Shown: positions 28,623 to 38,126 of the stretch, piece after piece
Numbering within the stretch: position 1 is the stretch's first letter
Layout of the letters: each line of letters opens with the position of its first letter
DNA from: Solirubrobacteraceae bacterium
GTDB lineage: Bacteria; Actinomycetota; Thermoleophilia; Solirubrobacterales; Solirubrobacteraceae
Length of the DNA: 64,000 bases
NCBI GenBank assembly: GCA_036267655.1
Contig: DATAVP010000029.1
Location: 32,151-96,150, forward strand
Direction of reading: 5' to 3'
Notes under the pieces: generated by a model
The model's input: only the letters and a program-made list of their open reading frames with translations
The model's database searches: none
Told to the model about the DNA's origin: nothing
Position numbers and translations under genes: made by a program

Positions 28623-30326
28623 CTAGACGCGGACGCGGCCTTCCAACTCGCCCTCGCTGAGGCTGCCGCGCAGCACCTTCTTGTCGAACTTGCCGACGCT
28701 CGTCTTCGGGATCTCACCCAGGAACGCGAACTCATCCGGGAGCCACCACTTCGCCACGCGTCCGCGCAGATGCTCGACCAGCTCAGGCGCCGTCGTCTGC
28801 GCGCCCTCGCGCAGCACCACACAGCAAAGCGGCCGCTCCGCCCAGCGCTCATCGGGCTTCGCGATCACCGCCGCCTCGATCACGTCCGGGTGAGACATCA
28901 TCTCGTTCTCGAGCTCCACCGAGGAGATCCACTCGCCGCCCGACTTGATCACGTCCTTCGCGCGGTCGGTGATCTGCACGAAGCCCTTGCCGTCCACCGA
29001 GGCGATGTCTCCCGTCCGCAACCAGCCCGAGTCGAACTTGTCTTCCGCGGAGTCGTCGCGGAAGTAGCTGGAAGCGATCCACGGACCGCGGACCTCGATC
29101 TCGCCCGTCGACTCGCCGTCCCAGGGAACCTCCTCGCCGTCGTCGCCGACCAGGCGCAGCTCGACCCACGGCAGCGGGCGGCCCTGCTTGGCGCGATCCT
29201 CCCAGTAGGCGTCGTCGTGCTCGCCCTCCTGCGGTCGCGAGTAGGTCGCGACCGGACTCGTCTCGGTCATCCCCCACGCCTGAAAGATCCGCACGCCGTG
29301 GCGCTCCTCGTAGTCCTTCATCAACTGCTTCGGAACCGCCGAGCCGCCGCAGGCCGCGTTGGTCAGCGACGAGAGGTCGACATCCGGATGCTCATCCGCG
29401 TAGCGCAGCAGATCCGCGAAGATCGTCGGCACGCAGCCCATCAGCGTCGGACGCTCGGCCGTGATCAGCTGCGCCAGCGGCTCCGCGCCCAGGAAGCGGT
29501 CTGGCAGGATCAGCTCCGCCCCCGCCAGCGCCGCTCCGTAGGGAAGGCCCCAGGCATTGGCGTGGAACATCGGCACGACCGCCAACACCCGATCGGAGCG
29601 CGAAAGCCCGTTGGCGTCGGTCATCAGCGTGGCCGAGGAATGCAGGCTGATCGAGCGGTGCGAGTAGAGCACGCCCTTCGGATTACCGGTCGTTCCGCTC
29701 GTGTAGCAGAGCGCCGCCGCCTGACGCTCGTCGAGCTCCGGGTAGTCGAAGTCGCCGGCGCCCGCCTGCTCCAGCAACTCCTCGTAGCGCAACGCGTTCG
29801 GCAAGCTGCCCGCATCGCCCTCGCCCATCACCACGTAGTGTTCGACCGTCTCGAAGCTCGGGGCGAGCTTCTCGAGCATCGGCACCAGCGAGTCGTCGAC
29901 GAAGATCACACGATCCTCGGCGTGGTTGACGATGTACGTGAGCTGCTCCTCGAACAGGCGGATGTTCAGCGTGTGCAGGACCGCCCCCACACACGGAATC
30001 GCGAAGTACAGCTCGAGGTGGCGCTGGTTGTTCCAGGCGAACGTCGCGATCCGCTCGCCCTGCTTCACCCCCAGCTCGCCCAGCACGCGGGCCAGCCGAT
30101 CGATCCTCTCCGAGGTCTCCGCGAACGTGCTGCGCTCGACCACCCCCGGTGACCGCAGCGTCACGACCTGAGACTGCGGACTGCACGCGCGCATCCGCCG
30201 ACGGATGTGGTGGAGCGTCAGCGGGAAGTCGTCCTGCATCAGACCGGCCAGGCGCTCGCCTACCCCGACCGCCTGAGCCTCCCCGCCGTTCATCGCCCCG
30301 GACGCGGCAGATCCCTGCACGCTCAT
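28623..30326 (-). CDS. Long-chain fatty acid-CoA ligase (AlkK/FadD-like)
   Basis: [43 protein letters not shown]. Confidence 0.93.
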   Translation of the reverse strand: MSVQGSAASGAMNGGEAQAVGVGERLAGLMQDDFPLTLHHIRRRMRACSPQSQVVTLRSPGVVERSTFAETSERIDRLARVLGELGVKQGERIATFAWNNQRHLELYFAIPCVGAVLHTLNIRLFEEQLTYIVNHAEDRVIFVDDSLVPMLEKLAPSFETVEHYVVMGEGDAGSLPNALRYEELLEQAGAGDFDYPELDERQAAALCYTSGTTGNPKGVLYSHRSISLHSSATLMTDANGLSRSDRVLAVVPMFHANAWGLPYGAALAGAELILPDRFLGAEPLAQLITAERPTLMGCVPTIFADLLRYADEHPDVDLSSLTNAACGGSAVPKQLMKDYEERHGVRIFQAWGMTETSPVATYSRPQEGEHDDAYWEDRAKQGRPLPWVELRLVGDDGEEVPWDGESTGEIEVRGPWIASSYFRDDSAEDKFDSGWLRTGDIASVDGKGFVQITDRAKDVIKSGGEWISSVELENEMMSHPDVIEAAVIAKPDERWAERPLCCVVLREGAQTTAPELVEHLRGRVAKWWLPDEFAFLGEIPKTSVGKFDKKVLRGSLSEGELEGRVRV

Positions 30327-31549
30327 CTCCTCTGCACCCCTTCCTCGCGAGGCCTCAGCTCATGCAACTGACTGTAAACGCATCGCGTGCGCTCGGCGAT
30401 GTCATCCCAATCGAAGCGCAGGACGTGCTCGGAGGCTTCGGTCACAAGCCGCTCGCGCAGGGCCTCGTCGACCAGCAGCCGCTCGATCATCACGCCCAGA
30501 TGCTCTGGATCTCCTCCGTTGAAGCGCAGCCCGACACGCTCCCCCACCGGAACCACCTCCCGCAACCCGCCCGTGTCGGCGACGATGCAGGGGCAGCCCG
30601 AGGCCATCGCCTCGAGCGCGACCAGGCCGAATGGCTCATAGATCGACGGGACCACGCACAGATCGGCGATCCGATACAGCGAATGCAGCACGTCATCGCC
30701 GATCCAGCCGAGGAAATCTCCGTGATCTGAGAGGCCAAGGCGCTCCGCCTGGGCCTTCAGCTCGTGCTCGTGGGTGCCGCTGCCCGCGACCAGGTAGCGC
30801 ACGTTCTCGACCTGATCCACGACGCTCGGCAGCGCCTCGAGCGCGAGCTGAAAGCCCTTCTCATAGACCAGGCGACCCACGAGCAGCACGAGCTTCTCGT
30901 GCGGAGCCGCGAACTTGCGCCGCAGCGCCTGCAGATCGCCGGCCGGCTGGAGTTCGCTCGGGTCGATCCCGTTTGGGATCACCTTGATGCGCCGCTCGTC
31001 GATGTCGAAGATGTCCGCCACGTGCCCGCGCATGTAGTGCGAGCAGACGATCACCGCCTCGGCGCGCCCCGCCATCCAGCGCTCGACCGAGTGGATATGC
31101 GACTGCGGCTGGTCCTGCACCCAGCCCTGGTGGCGACCGTGCTCGGTTGCGTGAATCGTGGTGACGTAGGGAATCCCCGCGCGCTCCGCCAGCGCCGCCG
31201 AGGCCTGCGCCACGAGCCAGTCGTGCCCGTGGATCAGGTCGTAGCTGTTTTCCTCCGCCAGCACCTCGCCCGCGGCCAGCATGTCGCCGTTCATCTGCTC
31301 CACCCAAGCCACGAAGCGATCGAGATCGCGCGGCCAGCTCGGCTCGGGAACACGGTGGATCCTCACCCCCGCCAGCTCGTCCACGCCCGGTTGGCCGGTG
31401 GCCGGACCCTCGCCCACGCCACGGGTGAGCACGTCGACCGCGACCCCCTGGCGGACCATCGCCTCGGCGAGCTTGCGCACATGTCGCGCCAGACCGCCCT
31501 CGATCACCGGCGGGTACTCCCAGGAGAGCAGCAGCACGCGATTGCTCAT
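30323..31549 (-). CDS. GT4 glycosyltransferase
   Basis: SWEYPPVIEGGL, HGHDW, VIPNG, GRLVYEKG, EPFGLVALEAM. Confidence 0.92.
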   Translation of the reverse strand: MSNRVLLLSWEYPPVIEGGLARHVRKLAEAMVRQGVAVDVLTRGVGEGPATGQPGVDELAGVRIHRVPEPSWPRDLDRFVAWVEQMNGDMLAAGEVLAEENSYDLIHGHDWLVAQASAALAERAGIPYVTTIHATEHGRHQGWVQDQPQSHIHSVERWMAGRAEAVIVCSHYMRGHVADIFDIDERRIKVIPNGIDPSELQPAGDLQALRRKFAAPHEKLVLLVGRLVYEKGFQLALEALPSVVDQVENVRYLVAGSGTHEHELKAQAERLGLSDHGDFLGWIGDDVLHSLYRIADLCVVPSIYEPFGLVALEAMASGCPCIVADTGGLREVVPVGERVGLRFNGGDPEHLGVMIERLLVDEALRERLVTEASEHVLRFDWDDIAERTRCVYSQLHELRPREEGVQRR

Positions 31550-31643
31550 CCCTCAGACCCTATCTCGCACGCGTCCCAGCGGCCTGATCGGCTCACCTGG
31601 GCCGCTGCGAGCGGGACGTCCGCACCGCCTCGCTCGTGTGCAC

Positions 31644-31907
31644 TCAGATCCCGATCAACTCGAGCTCGTCCAGACGGCGGGCCGCAGCCGACGGCCACAC
31701 GCGATCGTGCTCCTGATCCAGCACGCCGGTGTCGAGCAGGCCGCTCAACGCAATCGCCAGCTCGTCCCGCTCGACGCCCATGCCCTCCTGCAACTCGGCA
31801 CGCGACCACTGCCGCGTGCCGTCGTCCTCGCTCAGCAGCACGAGCACGACCGCCCGTTCAAGTCGTCTGCCACCGTCCGTTCGGGGATCGCTCGATTCTG
31901 TGTTCAT
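31644..31907 (-). CDS. Small hypothetical winged-helix-like protein
   Basis: MNTESS...WSRAELQEGMGV..LAIALSGLLDTGVL; GGAAGG RBS upstream. Confidence 0.55.
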   Translation of the reverse strand: MNTESSDPRTDGGRRLERAVVLVLLSEDDGTRQWSRAELQEGMGVERDELAIALSGLLDTGVLDQEHDRVWPSAAARRLDELELIGI

Positions 31908-32066
31908 TGGGAGCCATTCCTTCCCGTGCCCGGCGCCCGTCGCCGCGCTACTCACGCCGGATCGCCCCAATTTCGATCCGCTGGAGAGTACACACAGCTT
32001 GGAACGGTTCAGTCCGGCGTGCCGCGGGCCGCCTCGCGCCCCGACTCTCGATCCCGCTCCCATCCG

Positions 32067-32085
32067 TACCCCTCCGGGGTATATT
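32067..32085 (+). promoter_or_regulatory. CsoR/RicR-type copper operator overlapping a -10 box
   Basis: TACCCC-tcc-GGGGTA (32067-32081) overlapping TATATT (32080-32085), upstream of an Rv2963-like permease. Confidence 0.65.
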
Positions 32086-32091
32086 GGAAAG

Positions 32092-32223
32092 ATGGTCCGA
32101 TCGGGCATCGAAGCCGCGCTCCGATCGGGGGTCCAAGCCCTTCTGAGGTCAAGCTCCCTGCTGCGGTCGAGCTCCCTGCTGCGGTCGAGCTTCATCCGGC
32201 CGCGACCCGGGTTGCGCGGATGA
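32092..32223 (+). CDS. Putative leaderless 43-aa upstream ORF coupled to the permease
   Basis: ATG 6 nt after TATATT; MVRSGIEAALRSGVQALLRSSSLLRSSSLLRSSFIRPRPGLRG*; ATGA overlap with the permease start. Confidence 0.4.
   Translation: MVRSGIEAALRSGVQALLRSSSLLRSSSLLRSSFIRPRPGLRG
32147..32191 (+). repeat. 18-bp tandem repeat, 2.5 copies
   Basis: GGTC(A/G)AGCTCCCTGCTGC twice, then GGTCGAGCT. Confidence 0.85.
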
Positions 32224-33473
32224 CCGTGCTCGACACGATCTGGGATGGGCTGTCGAACGCCCTGCTGATGGCATGGACCGTCTGGTGGGCGCTGGTCTTC
32301 GGCTTCGCGATCTCGGCAGTCGTGCAGGCGTGGGTTCCGCGCGAGCGCGTCGAGCGTGCGCTCGGCGGCGGCGGGCCACGCCCCGTAGCGCTCGCCACCG
32401 GCCTCGGCGCGGCGTCCTCCTCGTGCTCCTACGCCGCGGTCGCAATCGCCAAGTCGCTGTTCGCGAAGGGCGCCTCGGCGACGAGCGCGCTCGCCTTCCA
32501 GTTCGCTTCGACCAACCTCGTGATCGAGCTGGGGGTCGTGATCTGGCTCCTGCTCGGCTGGCAGTTCACGCTCGCCGAGTTCATCGGCGGACTGCTGCTG
32601 ATCGCGATCATGGCGCTGCTGCTGCGCGCCTTCGTCTCACGCCGGACCGAGCAACAGGCTCGAAGCCACGCCCAGGAAGCCGACGCGGGACACCAGCACC
32701 ACGCGGCGTCGACGCAGATGCCGCTGCGCGAGCGGCTCACCTCGGCGAGCGCATGGTCGGACGTCGCCCACAACTTCCGCAACGACTGGGGCATGCTCTA
32801 CCGCGAGATCGCGGTCGGCTTCCTGCTCGCCGGATTCATCGGGCTGCTCGGCGACGACTTCTTCAACGGTCTATTCCTCGCGCACGCACCCGGACCTCTG
32901 AAGCTGATCGAGAACGTACTGGTCGGCCCGCTGATCGCCGTGCTGAGCTTCGTCTGCTCCGTCGGCAACGTACCGCTCGCCGCGGTGCTCTGGTCCGGCG
33001 GGATCGGCTTCGCCGGGGTTGTCGCCTTCATCTTCGCCGACTTGATCGTGCTGCCTATCGTTGCGATCTACCGCAAGTACTACGGAACCGCGTTCACACT
33101 GAGGATCGTCGCGCTGATGCTCGTCACGATGGTCATCGCCGCGCTCGCGGTGGACGGCGTGTTCGGCCTGCTCGGCCTGATCCCCGACGTTCGTCCCACG
33201 CGGGCCGACATATTCGGCAGCGTCAAGCTCGACTACAAGCTCGTCACCAACGCGATCGGCGCCGCGATCTTCCTGAGCCTGTTCGCGTTGACGATGCGTC
33301 GCGGCGCCACCGACCCCGTCTGCGGCATGAAGGTCGATCGCGGGCGCGCTGTCACGCTCGAGATCCACGGCCGCAGGCATTACTTCTGCTCGGAGCACTG
33401 CGCATCGAGCTACGCGGCGAGGACCGAGGAGCGCGCCGCCGCAGCCGACCCGGTCGTTTCGGATGCGCGATGA
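32220..33473 (+). CDS. DUF318/ArsP-family permease (Rv2963-like) with C-terminal YHS domain
   Basis: GAASSSCSYAA, ASTNLVIELG, FVCSVGNVPLA, His patch HQHH, DPVCGM...YFCSEHC. Confidence 0.88.
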   Translation: MTVLDTIWDGLSNALLMAWTVWWALVFGFAISAVVQAWVPRERVERALGGGGPRPVALATGLGAASSSCSYAAVAIAKSLFAKGASATSALAFQFASTNLVIELGVVIWLLLGWQFTLAEFIGGLLLIAIMALLLRAFVSRRTEQQARSHAQEADAGHQHHAASTQMPLRERLTSASAWSDVAHNFRNDWGMLYREIAVGFLLAGFIGLLGDDFFNGLFLAHAPGPLKLIENVLVGPLIAVLSFVCSVGNVPLAAVLWSGGIGFAGVVAFIFADLIVLPIVAIYRKYYGTAFTLRIVALMLVTMVIAALAVDGVFGLLGLIPDVRPTRADIFGSVKLDYKLVTNAIGAAIFLSLFALTMRRGATDPVCGMKVDRGRAVTLEIHGRRHYFCSEHCASSYAARTEERAAAADPVVSDAR

Positions 33474-33480
33474 TCAGGGA

Positions 33481-34104
33481 GTGTCCGTAGAGACGGCCGT
33501 ACGCTCGAGCGCCGTTCCCGAGTTCTACTTCGGCGCGATGTCGCCCTACTCGTGGTTCGCCGCCGAGCGAATCGCGCGGCTACTGCCCGAGGCTCGCTGG
33601 CACGGCGTCTTCGCCGGCGCGGTCTTCAAGCAGAACGACCGCGTCTCCTGGGGAATAACCGAGCGTCGCGACGAGGGGATCGCCGACTGCGACGCACGCG
33701 CCGCGCAGCACGGGCTCGGACCGATCGTCTGGCCCGATCCGTGGCCGACCAACGACGTGCTCGTCGCTCGCGCGATGGTCTTCTGCATGCAGAGCGAGGA
33801 GGACGATGCGCTGCTGCGCGCGTTCGGCCTCGCGGCGATGCGCCTGAGCTTCCTGGAGGGCGTCGACCTCGGCGAGGCCGACGCGGTGATCGAGTCCGGC
33901 CGACGGGCCGGCATCGAGGAGGGCGCGCTTGCCGATGCGCTGCAGGATCAGCAGCTCAAGGGCGCGTTGCGTACCGACACCGACGCGGTCGTCGCGGCCG
34001 GCGTGTTCGGCGTGCCGACCGTCACCGTGGGCCCGGAGCGCTTCTGGGGCGATGACCGCCTCGAGGACGCCGCGGGCGCCTTCCGCGCCGCGAGCGGGCT
34101 CTGA
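33481..34104 (+). CDS. DsbA-family 2-hydroxychromene-2-carboxylate isomerase-like protein
   Basis: FYFGAMSPYSW, GVFGVPT, FWGDDRL. Confidence 0.85.
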   Translation: MSVETAVRSSAVPEFYFGAMSPYSWFAAERIARLLPEARWHGVFAGAVFKQNDRVSWGITERRDEGIADCDARAAQHGLGPIVWPDPWPTNDVLVARAMVFCMQSEEDDALLRAFGLAAMRLSFLEGVDLGEADAVIESGRRAGIEEGALADALQDQQLKGALRTDTDAVVAAGVFGVPTVTVGPERFWGDDRLEDAAGAFRAASGL

Positions 34105-34105
34105 T

Positions 34106-34348
34106 CTAGAGATCGAGCTCGAGCTGTCGCGGCGAGGGTCGCAGCGGCTCGCTGCTCGCCCGGGGCCGGCCCCGCCTGGACCAATGCCCCACCACTTCGC
34201 GACTGCGGCAGCTGTGGTAGCTGATGCGGCGATCCAGCGGGAGCAGTGCCAAGCCCCCGGGAGCCGGCGCCGTGACCAGCGCGTGAAAGCGGCGACCGCC
34301 GCGATCGACCTCCACGATGTCGCCGGTCTGGATCCCCTCGAGTCGCAT
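34106..34348 (-). CDS. Small hypothetical protein ending in QLELDL
   Basis: MRLEGIQTGDIVEVDRGGRRFHALV...VVGHW...RQLELDL; fills the gap between flanking genes. Confidence 0.6.
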   Translation of the reverse strand: MRLEGIQTGDIVEVDRGGRRFHALVTAPAPGGLALLPLDRRISYHSCRSREVVGHWSRRGRPRASSEPLRPSPRQLELDL

Positions 34349-34435
34349 GCCCGCCCCACTCCAGCAGGATTGCGCGCGGCCCACGCTCGCGACCGGCGCG
34401 ACCCCTCGCAACCTCCGAACACTAGGCTGGGCGCC

Positions 34436-34810
34436 GTGCGCTGGTTCGTGGACGGAATGAACGTGATCGGCACTCGCCCCGACGCCTGGTGGAAGGACCG
34501 GCACGCGGCCATGGTGCGACTCGTCCACCTGCTCGAGAACTGGGTCGCGGCGACCGGCGAGGATGTCATCGTCGTGTTCGAGCAGCCCCCACGACCACCG
34601 ATCTCCTCAACCGTGATCGAGGTCGCCCACGCGCCGCGCCCGCGGCGGGACTCGGCCGATGATGAGATCGTGCGGCGCGTATCGGCCGAGAGCGAGCCGG
34701 GGGCGATCCGCGTCGTGACCTCGGACCTGTGGCTGGTGGACCGCGTCCACGCCGCGGGCGCGACCGTGCAGTCCTCGGACGCCTTCAGGGCCTGGCTCGA
34801 GGAGCTTTGA
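34436..34810 (+). CDS. NYN/YacP-like PIN-domain RNase
   Basis: VDGMNVIG, VVFE, DSADDEI, VVTSD; TAGGCT 7 nt before GTG. Confidence 0.85.
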   Translation: MRWFVDGMNVIGTRPDAWWKDRHAAMVRLVHLLENWVAATGEDVIVVFEQPPRPPISSTVIEVAHAPRPRRDSADDEIVRRVSAESEPGAIRVVTSDLWLVDRVHAAGATVQSSDAFRAWLEEL

Positions 34811-34862
34811 TGGCGACTGCGGCACAGCGACGCGAGGCGCAATCGGCCGAGGGGGTCAGCCG

Positions 34863-36194
34863 ATGGCCCCGGTGACGCACTACACGCGCAGCGGCGACGC
34901 GAGCATCGCCTACCAGGTCATCGGCGACGGGCGCCTTGACCTGATGTTCATGACCGGCTGGATCTCGCAGATCGAGCAGCTGTGGGAGTCGCCCGGCCTG
35001 CGCCGGTTCCTGGAGCGGCTCGCCGTCTTCGGGCGCCTGATCCTGTTCGACCGGCGCGGCACCGGACTGTCGGGCAAGGTCGATCATCCAACGCTCGAGC
35101 AGGAGGCCGAGGACGCGCTGGCGGTACTAGACGCCGCGGGCAGCGAGCGCGCGGCCCTGTTCACCTACGGGCTCGGCGGCCCGGTCGCGGCGCTGCTCGC
35201 TGCCGAGCACCCCGAGCGCATCGGTGCGCTCGTGATGTACGCGTCGATCGCACGTGCGCTGTGGGCTGCCGACTACGACTGGGCGATGACGCGCGAGCAG
35301 CGCGCCGAGTGGAGCGAGCGCACAGTTGAGGCATGGGGGGCGCCGGATCACCCCGGCCTGAGCGTGATGGCGCCGACGATGAGCGGCGATCGCGCGCTCA
35401 CGACCTGGTTCGCGCGGATGCAACGCCTCGCCGCGAGCCCGGGCGACGCGCGCGTGCTGCTCGACGCCGCCGGTGACCTCGATGTCCGCGAGCTGCTGCC
35501 GAGCATCCGCGTGCCCGCGCTGGTCATGCACCGTGCTCAGGACATCGCCTGGGACCCTCGTCACTCCCGCTACCTCGCAGAGCACATACCCGGCGCTCGC
35601 TACGTCGAGCTCGAGGGCGAGGACTCGCTGCCCTTCCTGGGCGACAGCGACGCGATCGTCGAAGAGATCGAAGAGTTCCTCACCGGTGGGCGCACGGGCG
35701 GCGAGCCCTACCGAGCGCTGCTGACAGTCATGTTCACCGACATCGTCGACGCCACCGCGCGCGCCACGGAGCTCGGCGACGGACGCTGGCGCGACCTGCT
35801 CGCGCGCCACGACGAGGAGCTGCGCAAGGAGCTCCAGCGCTTCGACGGACGCGAGGTCAAGACCGTGGGCGACGGCTTCCTCGCGACGTTCTCCGGGCCG
35901 CCCTCGCGCGCCTTGCGCTGCGCGCTGGCGATCACCGAGCTCGCCCGCGAGCTCGGCATCGAGGTGCGCGTCGGCATCCACACCGGCGAGTGCGAGCTGA
36001 TCGGCGAGGACGTCGGCGGCATGGCCGTGCACATCGCCGCCCGCGTCAGCGCGCTGGCCGCGCCGAGCGAGGTGCTCGTCTCCGGAACCGTGTTCGGCAC
36101 CGTCGTCGGCGGCCCCTTCCAGTTCGAGGATCGCGGCCTTCATGAGCTCAAGGGCGTGCCCGGCCGCTGGCCGCTGTTCGCGCTCGGGGCCTGA
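34863..36194 (+). CDS. LipJ/Rv1900c-like alpha/beta-hydrolase-fold adenylate cyclase
   Basis: FDRRGTGLS; class III cyclase motifs FTDIVD, KTVGDG, GIHTGE, AVHIAARV. Confidence 0.9.
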   Translation: MAPVTHYTRSGDASIAYQVIGDGRLDLMFMTGWISQIEQLWESPGLRRFLERLAVFGRLILFDRRGTGLSGKVDHPTLEQEAEDALAVLDAAGSERAALFTYGLGGPVAALLAAEHPERIGALVMYASIARALWAADYDWAMTREQRAEWSERTVEAWGAPDHPGLSVMAPTMSGDRALTTWFARMQRLAASPGDARVLLDAAGDLDVRELLPSIRVPALVMHRAQDIAWDPRHSRYLAEHIPGARYVELEGEDSLPFLGDSDAIVEEIEEFLTGGRTGGEPYRALLTVMFTDIVDATARATELGDGRWRDLLARHDEELRKELQRFDGREVKTVGDGFLATFSGPPSRALRCALAITELARELGIEVRVGIHTGECELIGEDVGGMAVHIAARVSALAAPSEVLVSGTVFGTVVGGPFQFEDRGLHELKGVPGRWPLFALGA

Positions 36195-36238
36195 TCGGGG
36201 CACGGCGGCGCGCCGCGACCAAATACGATCGACACGCG

Positions 36239-36976
36239 ATGACCGATCAGCGAAAGGATCGCCGAAGCGCGCTGGTCTTCGGCGCCCGCAACCTCGGCCG
36301 GGCAGTGATCGAGAGGCTGCTCGCCGAGGACTGGCAGGTCGCCGCGGTCGCCCGCTCGCAGGAGACGCTCGCGGCGATCGCCGACGCAGGCGCACTGGCC
36401 CTGCGCGCGGACATCACCGACCAGGCCAGCGTGCGCGAGGCCGTCGAGCAGACAGCGGCGGCGCACGGTCACGTCGACCTCGCGCTGAACGCGGCATCGG
36501 CATACGGAGGAACCCGCAGCGGCCCCTTCGGCGGCGGTCCGATCGCCGAAGCGGGCGCCGACGCGTTCGACTCCTGGGCAGCCGCGCCCGCCCGCTCGGC
36601 CTTCGCCTTCCTCTCCGGCGCCGCCGGACACCTCATCCATCAGGAGCGCCCTGCGACGCTGATCCAGGTCACCGGAGGCTCCTCGCGGCGAGCGCTCCCG
36701 GGTCGTGGGCTGTGGGCCGCGGGGGCGTTCGGCGTGCGCGCGATCACCCAGGCGGCCGCGCTCGAGCTGCGCCCGCAGGGCATCCACGTGGCGCTTCTGA
36801 TCGTCGACGCGGGCATCGAACCCTTCAGCGCGGCCGAACGCGGCGAGGGCTCGAACAGCTCGCTCGCAGACCCGCCCAGCCTCGCGGAGGCCGTCCTGTT
36901 CCTCGCCGAGCAGGGCCCACGCGCGGCGACGCACGAGCTGCAGGTGACCCCGCTCGCCGAGACCTGGGTGCCCTGA
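36239..36976 (+). CDS. Atypical SDR-family protein
   Basis: ALVFGARNLG, ADITD, NAAS; YxxxK position reads WAAGA. Confidence 0.8.
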   Translation: MTDQRKDRRSALVFGARNLGRAVIERLLAEDWQVAAVARSQETLAAIADAGALALRADITDQASVREAVEQTAAAHGHVDLALNAASAYGGTRSGPFGGGPIAEAGADAFDSWAAAPARSAFAFLSGAAGHLIHQERPATLIQVTGGSSRRALPGRGLWAAGAFGVRAITQAAALELRPQGIHVALLIVDAGIEPFSAAERGEGSNSSLADPPSLAEAVLFLAEQGPRAATHELQVTPLAETWVP

Positions 36977-37009
36977 GGACGTGAACACCCCGAGCCTGGA
37001 GGGACTGAG

Positions 37010-38116
37010 ATGAGGATTCGTGCCGCGCTGCTGGAGGAGTTCGGCAAGCCGCTGGTCGTGCAGGAGCTCGACTTGGCCGAGCCGCGCGCGGGTGAGGTGC
37101 TCGTCAGGCTCGTGGCCTGCGGCGTGTGCCACACAGACATGTACACCGCCTCGGGCGTCGACCCCTCCGGCTATGCGCCGACCGTGCTCGGGCACGAGGG
37201 CGCGGGCGTGGTCGAGGCGGTCGGCGAGGGCGTCGCCGACGTCGCGCCCGGCGACCACGTCGTGACGCTGTTCTCGCCGCAGTGCCGCGAGTGCATCCAC
37301 TGTCAGAGCCCGCGCACCAACCTCTGCCTGGCGATCCGCGAGCAGCAGAACAAGGGCTTCCTGCCCGACGGCAGCACACGCCTGTCGCTGGCCGGGGACC
37401 CGATCAGGCACTTCATGGGAACCTCCACGTTCGCCGAGTACGCGGTGCTGCCGCAGATCGCGCTCGCGAAGGTCAACCCCGAGGCGCCGCTCGACGGCGC
37501 CTGCCTGTTCGCCTGCGGGCTCTCGACCGGGCTCGGCGCCGCGATGTATACCGCCAAAGTCGAGGCCGGTGCCACCTGCGTTGTCTATGGCGCCGGGATG
37601 GTCGGCCTCGGTGCCGTCGCGGGCTGCCGCCTGCAGGGCGCCGAGCGCGTGATCTGCGTCGACCTCTCAGAGCAGCGCCTGGAGCTCGCGCGCGGCCAGG
37701 GCGCAACCGACACCTGGCGGGCCGACGGGCAGGTCCTCGAGCGCGTTCTGGAGGAGACCGGCGGCTTCGGCGCCGACTACACCTTCGAGGCCACGGGGCT
37801 CGTCTCGGTGATGCGCGAAGCCGTCGAGGCCGCGCGCATGGGCTGGGGTCTGTGCACCGTGGCGGGCGTCGCAGGCAAGGGCGAGACGCTCGACGTGGTG
37901 CCGCGCCTCTTGATCACCGGCCGGCGCGTGTGCGGCTCCTCTTTCGGCGGCGTCAAGGGCCGCGACCAAGTGCCCGAGCTCGTCGAGCGCTACCTCGCCG
38001 GTGAGATCGACGTCGACCCCTTCATCTCACACCGGATGCCGCTCGATGAGGTCAACCGCGCCTTCGAGCTGATGGAGGCCCAAGATGGCATTCGCTCGGT
38101 GCTCGAGTTCGGGTAG
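37010..38116 (+). CDS. Zn-dependent class III alcohol/formaldehyde dehydrogenase-like protein
   Basis: GVCHTD, GHEGAG, CRECIHC..C, GAGMVG, FGGVKGR. Confidence 0.88.
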   Translation: MRIRAALLEEFGKPLVVQELDLAEPRAGEVLVRLVACGVCHTDMYTASGVDPSGYAPTVLGHEGAGVVEAVGEGVADVAPGDHVVTLFSPQCRECIHCQSPRTNLCLAIREQQNKGFLPDGSTRLSLAGDPIRHFMGTSTFAEYAVLPQIALAKVNPEAPLDGACLFACGLSTGLGAAMYTAKVEAGATCVVYGAGMVGLGAVAGCRLQGAERVICVDLSEQRLELARGQGATDTWRADGQVLERVLEETGGFGADYTFEATGLVSVMREAVEAARMGWGLCTVAGVAGKGETLDVVPRLLITGRRVCGSSFGGVKGRDQVPELVERYLAGEIDVDPFISHRMPLDEVNRAFELMEAQDGIRSVLEFG

Positions 38117-38126
38117 GGTCGCTCGC

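Noticed and set aside
34415-34430. LexA SOS box (CGAAC half-sites here and near 26490 and 28505)
   Set aside because: The GTTCG right half is absent in all three.
37010-38116. Functional link between the class III formaldehyde dehydrogenase and the mau-like operon
   Set aside because: About 7 kb apart, on opposite strands with unrelated genes between; nothing beyond plausibility.
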